DNA of 64,000 nt from Planctomycetes bacterium ADurb.Bin069 (GTDB taxonomy: Bacteria > Planctomycetota > UBA8108 > UBA8890 > UBA8898): assembly GCA_002070955.1 (NCBI GenBank), contig MWEK01000007.1, forward strand, positions 78,574-142,573. The letters run 5' to 3'. How positions within the stretch are numbered: the stretch's first letter is position 1; the number at the start of each line of letters is the position of its first letter. Below the pieces are notes generated by a model. The model made no database searches, had not been told where the DNA came from, and saw only the letters and a program-made list of their open reading frames with translations. Below are positions 27,577 through 35,348 of the stretch, piece after piece. Made by a program: the position numbers and the translations under genes.

Positions 27577-28506
27577 TCAGAAGGCGACGGAGAAGCGCGC
27601 CCCGAGCATGTACGTCTGGCGCTCGATGTCGCCATGGATGCGACGGAACGTCAAGCCGGCATACTCTCCGGCATAGAAGCGCTGATTCTGTCTCGCCCAC
27701 CAGGAGCGGTAGTATAGGATCTCCCCCCACAGCCCCAGGCGCACGCGGTCGGCCAGGACGACATCCGCGCGCGCCTCCCCCAGGAACGCGAAGCCGAAGC
27801 TGCGCATCTTGCAGACTTTGAAGCGCAGAAGGTGATCGTCCTCATCCCAGACGTGGGTGAACGGGCTCACCGCGAGGCTGCTTCCCAGCTCGAGCCAGGA
27901 GACGGGCGCGTAGACGCCCGCCAGGCCGGGCAGGAACGACGCGCGCTCCTGGCGGTACGTCAGGACGAGCCCGTCCACCGAGGCCGTGCCCTCGGGGTAA
28001 ATCGACCACTGCCTAACATCAGAGACCTCGTAGTCCAGGCAATCGTAGTCCAGCCGCAGGCGCGGACCGAACCTATAGTTCTTCCCGCGCGCCGCCCACC
28101 ACGTGACCTCGCCGCTCACGCCCCAGGCCTCGAGGTCGGCTTTGGAGCGCGACCAGATGTCGCGCATGCCGTTCAGCCAGTCGTCGTCTCGCATGGTGCC
28201 GGCCTTGTCGTCGCAGGTGGTCCAACCGCGCAGCCGAAACTCGCTCGTATCGTCGAAGAGAAGTCCCAACCCGCCGCCGATCGCCATGTTGTTGACGGGG
28301 AACTTCAAACGCGAGCGCCATTTGACCAGCGAGTTGCCGCCCGTGCTCTTGAAGAGGTCGTGGCCCGAGATCTCGTAGAGAGTGTATCCCGAGAAGTAGG
28401 ACACCCGCGGAGCTTCGATCTCGAGAATCGCGCCCCCGGCCGCCGCCGACCCGAGCAGGAGCGCCAAGACCGCGACCGCCTTCACCGCTTGCGCCTCCTC
28501 TTCCAT
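27577..28506 (-). CDS. omptin-like (peptidase A26-like) outer-membrane beta-barrel protease homologue
   Basis: Signal-like AVKAVAVLALLLGSAAAGGA. C-terminal ...GARFSVAF (terminal Phe). RGWTTCDDKAGTMRDDDWLN resembles OmpT GWTTLGSRGGNMVDQDWMD (Asp-x-Asp). WDEDDHLL resembles OmpT DNDEHY (Asp-x-His). Alternative GTG start at 28551. Confidence 0.55.
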   Translation of the reverse strand: MEEEAQAVKAVAVLALLLGSAAAGGAILEIEAPRVSYFSGYTLYEISGHDLFKSTGGNSLVKWRSRLKFPVNNMAIGGGLGLLFDDTSEFRLRGWTTCDDKAGTMRDDDWLNGMRDIWSRSKADLEAWGVSGEVTWWAARGKNYRFGPRLRLDYDCLDYEVSDVRQWSIYPEGTASVDGLVLTYRQERASFLPGLAGVYAPVSWLELGSSLAVSPFTHVWDEDDHLLRFKVCKMRSFGFAFLGEARADVVLADRVRLGLWGEILYYRSWWARQNQRFYAGEYAGLTFRRIHGDIERQTYMLGARFSVAF

Positions 28507-28904
28507 CCGCCGGCGCGCGCCGCAACCCCGGGCGCTCGGCTCAGATCCCACAAAAACAATGGTACGGCAACGCGGCCGCCTCGTGAAGCGCCCCGGCGAT
28601 ATCAGCCGATCACCATTCGGCCGTCCGCGGAGGCACGGTCCTGACCCGGAGCCCCCGGCGCGCGCAAAACAGCTTGGTCCGCGCCGGGCGGTAGTGGCGG
28701 ATCACGGCTATCGCCGTCCTGATTCCGTTTCGGCGGCACAGCGCCGCGCGGTTGAGCCTCCACCGATACGCCGCGGCGCCTTATCGATCCACGAGCAACG
28801 CGGGCCCCGGTATGCCGCGCGCCCGGGGGAAGCCCGCGCCTCCGGCGCCCACCTCGACCACCATCGCGAGGCCGCGGGCGAGGGACTGACCGCGGCGAGA
28901 ACGT

Positions 28905-29558
28905 TCACCGCGCCGGGACAGCCGCATCGGTGACCGCGATGTCGAACTCGCCGCCGCGGGCTAACGCGCAGGCGCCGCACACGGGCTTGGAGAGGGCGCG
29001 GAAAGGCGGTGCGTCCATGAGGCTCCGCGCGATGCCGGCCGCATCCCCGGCGTCGATGGCCCCGCGCGCCCGGGGGTCGTCGATGCGGTCCAATTCGTAG
29101 GTCGCCACGAACCGCGCCGCGCCGGGAGCCAGTTCGATCCGCTCCACCTGCAGCCCCGTTCGCCTGACGATGCCGAGGTAGGCCGCGTCGCCCGCGATGC
29201 AGGCCGCGATGCGCGGCGTGTCGAGCTGGTCGTGCTCGTAATCGAAGGCCAGGAGCACCAGCGCGAAGGCATCCCGCGGCGGCATGCCCGCCGCGATGCG
29301 CTCGAAGAGCGCGTCGGTGTGGCTGCCGTTGCTCGCCACCGCCGCGCCCCCGCCGCAGCGCAGGCAGCGGTAGGCGATGTAAGGATTGACCTCGGCCTCC
29401 CGGGGGTCCCGCGGGACGATCAGCGCGCCGCCGGGCGCCGCCACCGCCGTCCGGTTGGGAAAGGACCGTGAAGACACCCGGTAGAAGACTCCGCAGGCGC
29501 CGGCCTTCGTCCGGCACACGCCCACGAATCGGCCGCAGTACAGGCTCTCATCGGTCAT
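28905..29558 (-). CDS. archaeal-type IMP cyclohydrolase (PurO)-like protein
   Basis: MTDESLYCGRFVGVCRTKAGACGVFYRVSSRSFPNR matches the PurO N-terminal block (..GRF..VG......YRVSSRSFPNR). ATG 29558 has AGAGGTG 6 nt upstream; the track start is GTG 29567. Confidence 0.65.
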   Translation of the reverse strand: MTDESLYCGRFVGVCRTKAGACGVFYRVSSRSFPNRTAVAAPGGALIVPRDPREAEVNPYIAYRCLRCGGGAAVASNGSHTDALFERIAAGMPPRDAFALVLLAFDYEHDQLDTPRIAACIAGDAAYLGIVRRTGLQVERIELAPGAARFVATYELDRIDDPRARGAIDAGDAAGIARSLMDAPPFRALSKPVCGACALARGGEFDIAVTDAAVPAR

Positions 29559-29707
29559 GCTCGTCACCTCTTTGCCGCGGGGCGGGAGCGCCGGCGCCCA
29601 GCGCGACGCGGCGCATGATAGGCCAAGGCGCGGCGGGAATCAAGCAGCGCGCGGCGCAAGACCTCTCCGCCCGGCGCCGCAACCGCCTCCCGGCGTCCCC
29701 CGTTAGC

Positions 29708-29736
29708 TTGCCTCCCGGCGGCGGAGAACCTATAAT
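29708..29736 (+). promoter_or_regulatory. strong sigma70-type promoter for gap-pgk
   Basis: TTGCCT (29708-29713), 17 nt, perfect TATAAT (29731-29736). Implies a ~140-nt leader before ATG 29884. Confidence 0.6.
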
Positions 29737-29883
29737 CGCCCCCTTCTTTTGCGCAGGCCGTGCGGCGAATGCGTCCAGTGCCCGCATGCGCATGGCCGCG
29801 CCGGCCGGGGCTCGCGCGCCGGAATTCGGAAGAGCGCACGGGCCGCAACGCCGAGCAACGTGTTTTTTCGCAAGGAGCGGAAC

Positions 29884-30888
29884 ATGACGATCAAGATCGG
29901 TATCAACGGGTTCGGACGGATCGGGAAGCTCGTCTTCCGGGCCGCATGGGCGGCGGGAGGTTTCGAGGTCGTGGGTATCAACGACCTCATGGACGCCAAG
30001 AGCGTCGCGCACTTTCTGCACTACGACTCGACTCAGGGCCGGTTCGCCGGCAAGGTCCAGGCCGCCGAGGGCGCCATCGTCGTCGACGGGAAGAAGATCC
30101 CCGTGACGGCGATCAAGGACCCCGCGCAGCTCCCGTGGAAGCAGCAGCGCGCCGAGATCGTGGTCGAGTCCACCGGCGTGTTCGCCTCGGCCGAGGACTG
30201 CCGCAAGCACCTTGCCGCGGGCGCCAAGAAGGTGCTCCTCACCGTGCCCCCGAAGGACAAGAGCGGCGAGATCAAAATCGTCGTCATGGGCGTCAACGAC
30301 AACGCGCTCACGGCGTCGGACACGCTGGTTTCCAACGCCTCCTGCACGACCAACTGCCTGGCGCCGATGGCCAAGGTTCTCCACGAGACCTTCGGCATCA
30401 AGCACGGTCTCATGACGACGTGCCATGCCTATACGAACGACCAGAGGATCCTCGATGCGATCCACAAGGACCTGCGCCGCGCCCGCGCGGGAGCCATCGC
30501 GATCATCCCGACGACGACGGGCGCGGCCCGCGCGGTCGGCAAGGTGCTCCCGGCCCTGCAGGGCAAGCTCGACGGCCTGTCGCTGCGCGTCCCGACCCCG
30601 GTGGGCTCCATCACCGACCTTTGCGTGGTCCTGGAGAAGCCGGCCACGGTGGAGAGCGTCAACAACGCCATGAAGAAGGCGGCGGCGGGCGCGCTCAAGG
30701 GCATCCTGGAGTACTGCGAGGATCCGATCGTGTCGACGGACATCGTCGGCAACCCGGCCTCGTGCATTTTCGACGCGCCGTCCACCATGCTGGTCGAGGG
30801 CAACCTGGTGAAGGTGCTCGGCTGGTACGACAACGAGTGGGGTTACTCCTGCCGCTGCATCGACCTCATGAAGAAGATGGCGGGGTAG
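29884..30888 (+). CDS. gap: glyceraldehyde-3-phosphate dehydrogenase
   Basis: MTIKIGINGFGRIGKLVFR NAD-binding N-terminus. Active site SNASCTTNCLAP. AAGGAG Shine-Dalgarno before ATG 29884. Confidence 0.95.
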   Translation: MTIKIGINGFGRIGKLVFRAAWAAGGFEVVGINDLMDAKSVAHFLHYDSTQGRFAGKVQAAEGAIVVDGKKIPVTAIKDPAQLPWKQQRAEIVVESTGVFASAEDCRKHLAAGAKKVLLTVPPKDKSGEIKIVVMGVNDNALTASDTLVSNASCTTNCLAPMAKVLHETFGIKHGLMTTCHAYTNDQRILDAIHKDLRRARAGAIAIIPTTTGAARAVGKVLPALQGKLDGLSLRVPTPVGSITDLCVVLEKPATVESVNNAMKKAAAGALKGILEYCEDPIVSTDIVGNPASCIFDAPSTMLVEGNLVKVLGWYDNEWGYSCRCIDLMKKMAG

Positions 30889-30892
30889 CGCC

Positions 30893-32107
30893 GTGGCGAA
30901 ACTGACCCTCAAGGATCTCAAGGGCGCGTTGAAGGACAAGCGCGTCCTCGTACGCGTCGACTACAACGTCCCGGTGGACAAGGCGACGGGCGCGATCACC
31001 GACGATCGCCGCATCCGAGGCACTCTGCCCACGATCAACTTCATCCAGGCCGAGGGCGGCAAGCCCGTCCTGATCTCGCACATGGGGCGCCCCAAGGGCG
31101 AACGCAAGCCGGCGACGTCCCTCCGGGGCGCGGCGGCGCGCCTGGGCGAACTCCTCGGCCGGAAGGTCGTCTTCGGCACCGATTGCATCGGCCCGGAGGC
31201 GGCGCGGGCCGCCGCTCAGGCGAGCGCGTCGACCTGCGTCGTCCTGGAGAATCTGAGGTACCACGCCGAGGAAGAGAAAAACGATGCCGCCTTCGCCGCC
31301 GCGCTGGCCGCCCACGGCGATGTCTTCGTCCAGGACGCCTTCGGCGCGGTGCACCGGGCGCATGCGTCCACCGCGGCGGTCGCGGCGCATTTCCCCGGGA
31401 AGGCCGTCGCGGGCTTCCTCGTCGAGCGCGAGCTCCGGATGCTGGGCACGGCGCTCAGCGCGCCCAAGCGGCCTTTCGTGGCCATCATCGGCGGCGCCAA
31501 GATCTCGGGCAAGATCGACGTCCTGACCAGTCTGCTGCCCAAGGTCGATGCGCTGATCATCGGCGGCGGCATGGCCTACACGTTCTTCAAGGCCATGGGA
31601 TTGGAGATCGGCGCGAGCCTGCTGGAGGCCGACAAGGTCGGCATCGCGGCGCAGGTGCTCGCGGACGCCGCGAAGCACCCCGCCCTGAAGTTCTACCTCC
31701 CGCTCGACACGGTGGTGGCGGCGGAGTGCTCCGAGCACGCCGCCGTGACGACCGTCCCGCGGGAGAAGATTCCCGCCGACAAGCAGGGGCTGGACATCGG
31801 CCCGGAAACCAGGGCGCTCTACGCCAAGGTGATCGAACAGGCCGGGACGGTGGTCTGGAACGGCCCCATGGGCGTCTTCGAGGTGAAACCCTTCGCCGCC
31901 GGCACCCTGGCGGTCGCCAAGGCGCTCGCCGCGGCGACGGCCAAGGGGGCCGTGACGATCATCGGCGGCGGCGATTCCGCCCTGGCTATCGAAGAGGCGG
32001 GGCTGGCCGACAAGGTGAGCCACGTCTCGACGGGCGGCGGCGCGTCGCTCGAGTTCCTTGAAGGCAAGGTGCTGCCCGGCGTTGCGGCCCTGAGCGACGC
32101 CGATTGA
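30893..32107 (+). CDS. pgk: phosphoglycerate kinase
   Basis: [12 protein letters not shown]-terminal motif, [12 protein letters not shown] and [16 protein letters not shown] start 4 nt after the gap stop. Confidence 0.95.
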   Translation: MAKLTLKDLKGALKDKRVLVRVDYNVPVDKATGAITDDRRIRGTLPTINFIQAEGGKPVLISHMGRPKGERKPATSLRGAAARLGELLGRKVVFGTDCIGPEAARAAAQASASTCVVLENLRYHAEEEKNDAAFAAALAAHGDVFVQDAFGAVHRAHASTAAVAAHFPGKAVAGFLVERELRMLGTALSAPKRPFVAIIGGAKISGKIDVLTSLLPKVDALIIGGGMAYTFFKAMGLEIGASLLEADKVGIAAQVLADAAKHPALKFYLPLDTVVAAECSEHAAVTTVPREKIPADKQGLDIGPETRALYAKVIEQAGTVVWNGPMGVFEVKPFAAGTLAVAKALAAATAKGAVTIIGGGDSALAIEEAGLADKVSHVSTGGGASLEFLEGKVLPGVAALSDAD

Positions 32108-32114
32108 GGGTTCC

Positions 32115-32159
32115 GGCCGGCGCCGGGCGGGATGCGCGGCGTTCCGTCCGGCGCCGGCC
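32115..32159. terminator. 12-bp inverted repeat between convergent pgk and the Cys-rich gene (bidirectional terminator candidate)
   Basis: GGCCGGCGCCGG (32115-32126) and CCGGCGCCGGCC (32148-32159) are perfect complements with a 21-nt loop. Each arm contains the self-complementary decamer CCGGCGCCGG. No U-tract. Confidence 0.4.
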
Positions 32160-32167
32160 CGACGGCC

Positions 32168-32542
32168 TCAGACCCTGCCCGCCCTGCACGCGGCGCAGGG
32201 GCAATCGCGCTCGGACACCGCGTGCACGCGGCCGGCTTCGACGGCGCCAAGCTGCGAGAGGAAGACCTTCAGGTCGTGACACCTCCGGTCGCCGTTGCAG
32301 GCGTTGATCCCCCGCCGAACGAGCCGCAGCACGCGGCAGCGCGCGTCGATTTCCGTGGCATCGCAGGTCGGGCTCGCCGGCGCGCGCCGCGGCGCCTCCG
32401 CCAGTGACGCGAGCCAGCGCTCGAGGGCCAGCAGTTCCTGCAGCTCGTCGATGGCGCCGCTTCGAATCACCGCGCTCTCGGCGCACCGGCCCCCGCACCA
32501 CGCGCGATAGTGCTGGGAAAGCGAGCAGGAAGCCAGCCGCAT
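32168..32542 (-). CDS. hypothetical Cys-rich small protein (about 124 aa, 10 Cys)
   Basis: G/C at most third positions from ATG 32542 onward; clearly lower upstream, so the track start 32650 is doubtful. Sequence: [23 protein letters not shown]...[12 protein letters not shown]...[11 protein letters not shown]...[18 protein letters not shown]. No family recognised. Confidence 0.45.
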   Translation of the reverse strand: MRLASCSLSQHYRAWCGGRCAESAVIRSGAIDELQELLALERWLASLAEAPRRAPASPTCDATEIDARCRVLRLVRRGINACNGDRRCHDLKVFLSQLGAVEAGRVHAVSERDCPCAACRAGRV

Positions 32543-32706
32543 CTTGACATCCCGGAGTTCTCTAAGGCACGCCGCCAAGTCGTTAGTGTACACTGCCCCG
32601 TCCTGCACCTGACCTTGCGCAACGCCGGTTGAACCGCGGAAACACCCCATAAAACTTGAGGCCTGAAGCGCGCCGCGTCAAGCATCGCCCGCCGCATGTA
32701 CCCAGA

Positions 32707-33819
32707 TTAATCGCCCCCGCCGGCGTCGCTCGCCTCCGCCGCGGCCGCCCCATCGCCGGACGCGCGCTCCGGTTTCACCACCTCCCGGAGGAACGTCGTC
32801 GCGTAGACGCCCTTGGGGAGGAAGAACTCGAGGCGCAGGGCGTCGCCCGCCGGCTCCCAGACCAGGTTCTCCGCCCGCGACCTGAACGAACGCCGCGCGC
32901 CGTCGAGCGCAAGCCCTGGAAACACGCCCTTGAAGGTCTCGGGCACGAGGCCTTCCGCCGCCAGGATCGTCGCCTCGTTGGCACCCTCACGGCCGCTCGC
33001 CGCGAGCATCTTGGCGCCGAAGATCGGGCCGGTCGGGCTTATCTCGAAACGATCGCTCCGTTCCTGCTCGGCGGCGGCGCGCTCGACGCGGAAGCAGGCG
33101 CCGTTGGCGTGCTTCATGGCGATGTCGCCGTCCCACAGGGCGCCGAAGCCGCCTTCGCGAATTCGCCGGGCGAGGGCCAGGTTGAAAAGATGCGACTGAT
33201 AGGCCGAGATGAGCAGGCGCCGCGTCGCCCGCGGGAAGCGCTCTCGCGTCGTCCGCAAGAGAAGCGCGCGGCCCGTGACGTGGCCGTCGAACCGGTTGCC
33301 GAAGCGCTGCGGCCCCACGTAATTGGGGAACCCCTTCCGCTCCAGGCGGCCGAACACTTCCTCCAGGAAGGCGCGATCGCGCACGGCGGGCGCCCGCAGC
33401 ACCACCGTGAACTTGTTGCCCCGAAGCTGCGCGGCCCTCAGCTTGTGGCGGTGGCGCGCCGTCCAGTTGACCGTCAGACCGGGAATCTCGCGCGCGGCGG
33501 CGGGCAGTTCGCCCGCGTGGCGCACCGACAGAATTTGCGTGGCGACGGCCCGCTTGTCCTTGAGCCCGGCATAGCCGAACGCGGCGGCCGGCGTTCCGAT
33601 GGCGCGCGCCAACCGCTCGATGGCCTCGAGGGTCGCCAGGCCGCGCTTCGTGATCGAGAGGTACAGGTGCTCTCCTTCCCCGCAAGGCGGGAACAGCGGA
33701 ACCTCTTCCACCACGAAATCCTCGCTCGATCCCTTGATCGTCCCGCCGACGGGCGCGCAGTCGTCCGTCGCGTAGGGAAGCTCGAAGCCGAGGAAAAGCT
33801 CGGAACGCGCCCTATCCAT
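32707..33819 (-). CDS. truD: tRNA pseudouridine(13) synthase TruD
   Basis: EDFVVEEVP, GEGEHLYLSITKRG, and FGYAGLKDKRAVATQ containing the catalytic Asp block. Start moved to ATG 33819 (MDRARSELFLGF...). Confidence 0.85.
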   Translation of the reverse strand: MDRARSELFLGFELPYATDDCAPVGGTIKGSSEDFVVEEVPLFPPCGEGEHLYLSITKRGLATLEAIERLARAIGTPAAAFGYAGLKDKRAVATQILSVRHAGELPAAAREIPGLTVNWTARHRHKLRAAQLRGNKFTVVLRAPAVRDRAFLEEVFGRLERKGFPNYVGPQRFGNRFDGHVTGRALLLRTTRERFPRATRRLLISAYQSHLFNLALARRIREGGFGALWDGDIAMKHANGACFRVERAAAEQERSDRFEISPTGPIFGAKMLAASGREGANEATILAAEGLVPETFKGVFPGLALDGARRSFRSRAENLVWEPAGDALRLEFFLPKGVYATTFLREVVKPERASGDGAAAAEASDAGGGD

Positions 33820-33933
33820 GCACGGGCCGATTCTACGGGGAAAAATAGCCGGCGCGCAAGGCACCGCCGGCCCGCCCCTGGGTACCCAAATCGTTCTCCC
33901 GAAAAGAGGTAGCCTCCCGGCCGGGCGCAAACT

Positions 33934-33961
33934 TTGTCGCTCCCGTCGCGGATGCTATAAT
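33934..33961 (+). promoter_or_regulatory. sigma70-type promoter for the DUF1573 gene
   Basis: TTGTCG (33934-33939), 16 nt, perfect TATAAT (33956-33961). Confidence 0.5.
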
Positions 33962-34019
33962 TGCCCCTTTACAGGGCAGGAAATCATGAACCCGCGCTCG
34001 ATTTGACATGGAGGACCAC

Positions 34020-35306
34020 ATGCTGCCCAAAAATCTCTGCGCGGCGCTGATGTGCGCCGCTTCCCTTTGTTTCGTCCAGGCCGACTCTTTCGACGAATAC
34101 GGTCCACCGCCGCCGCCGCCCGCGCCCGCGACGCCGAAGCTGGTGTGCCCCCAGGCCGACTTCAACTGGGGCGCGGTGCTCGAGGGCGACGTCGTCGAGC
34201 ACGCCTTCGAGATCCGCAACGAAGGCGGCGTGCCGCTCTTTATCAGCGAGGTCAAGACAACCTGCGGCTGCACGAGCAGCCGGTTCGACCGGCAGATTGC
34301 GCCCGGAAGCTCGGGCGTGGTGGTGATCCAGCTTAGAACCCGCGGCTACAGCGGCTCCATCAAGAAGACGGCCCAGATCGTCTCCAACGACCCGACGGTC
34401 AAGATGTACACGGTGTCCTTGGGCGGAGCGATCAACCCGGTGGTACGTTTCGAGCCGGACAGGCCGGCCCTGGAGGGCTTGCGCGGCGAGACCCTCGCGA
34501 CCACGGTCAAGATCATCCGCAACGTCCCCGAGGACATCAAAATCGTCTCGGTCAAGGGCATGCCGGCGAGCCGCATCGTGCACGAGCTGGTCGAGACCAA
34601 GCCCGGCGAGGAATACGAGCTCAAGCTGGCGCTGCCCGGCGGCGAGAAGGGAGTGACGGCGACGTCCTACGACCGCCTGACCGTGCTGGTGCAATGCGGC
34701 GAAAGAAACGTCGAAACCGGCCTGAGCCTCAGGATCAAGCTCACGGAGACGATCTCCGCCATGCCGACGTACATCACCTTCCGGGCCTACGAGCTGGAGG
34801 CCTACCAGAGGAACCCGGCCTCGATCAAGCCCATGCGCGAGGTGATCCTGAAAAGCTGGCAGAACAAGCCCTTCAACGTCACCGCCCTCAAACTCACGGC
34901 GCGGCGCTTCACCGCCACGCCCGCCGCCCAGTCCCAGGAGATCGAGCCGCCCATCGCGGCGACGCTCGAGGGCAACTGCGCCGCCGGCGAATGCAAGATC
35001 AGGGTCGAGCCGATCAAGTTCCAGGACGAGGAGAGCATGGGCCGCCCCGTGCGCTGCGAGCTCACCATCACCACGGACGACCCGGCCACTTCCCAGATCA
35101 TGATCCCCGTGACGGTGTACTTCCCCATGAAGAGCCAGCCGGCGGTCCCCTTGGCGCCGGTCGTGCCGCCCTCCCGTCCGCCCGCGCAGCAGCCCGCCGG
35201 CTCGCCTCCGGTACTGTTCCCGCGTCCGAGCTCGACCGCCGCGCCGCAGGAGCCCGCCGCTCCGCGTCCGATTTCGGCGCCGCAGGCCGCGCCCAAGGCC
35301 AAGTGA
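34020..35306 (+). CDS. secreted DUF1573-domain protein with Pro-rich C-terminal tail
   Basis: Signal peptide MLPKNLCAALMCAASLCFVQA. DUF1573 signature FNWGAVLEGDVVEHAFEIRNEGGVPLFISEVKTTCGCT. C-terminal P/A-rich tail. GGAGGA precedes ATG 34020; ATG 34008 is also possible. Confidence 0.8.
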   Translation: MLPKNLCAALMCAASLCFVQADSFDEYGPPPPPPAPATPKLVCPQADFNWGAVLEGDVVEHAFEIRNEGGVPLFISEVKTTCGCTSSRFDRQIAPGSSGVVVIQLRTRGYSGSIKKTAQIVSNDPTVKMYTVSLGGAINPVVRFEPDRPALEGLRGETLATTVKIIRNVPEDIKIVSVKGMPASRIVHELVETKPGEEYELKLALPGGEKGVTATSYDRLTVLVQCGERNVETGLSLRIKLTETISAMPTYITFRAYELEAYQRNPASIKPMREVILKSWQNKPFNVTALKLTARRFTATPAAQSQEIEPPIAATLEGNCAAGECKIRVEPIKFQDEESMGRPVRCELTITTDDPATSQIMIPVTVYFPMKSQPAVPLAPVVPPSRPPAQQPAGSPPVLFPRPSSTAAPQEPAAPRPISAPQAAPKAK

Positions 35307-35348
35307 ACCGCGCCCTACGGCGGGCGGACCGCGCGGCCGCGCCGGCGC

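Noticed and set aside
28552-28904. 350-nt spacer between PurO and the omptin-like gene, examined for an ncRNA or small ORF (track ORF 28559-28933)
   Set aside because: The track ORF is Arg/Pro-rich junk. I could find only a modest 7-bp hairpin after the PurO stop and no recognisable riboswitch, tRNA or sRNA signature. It is left unannotated.
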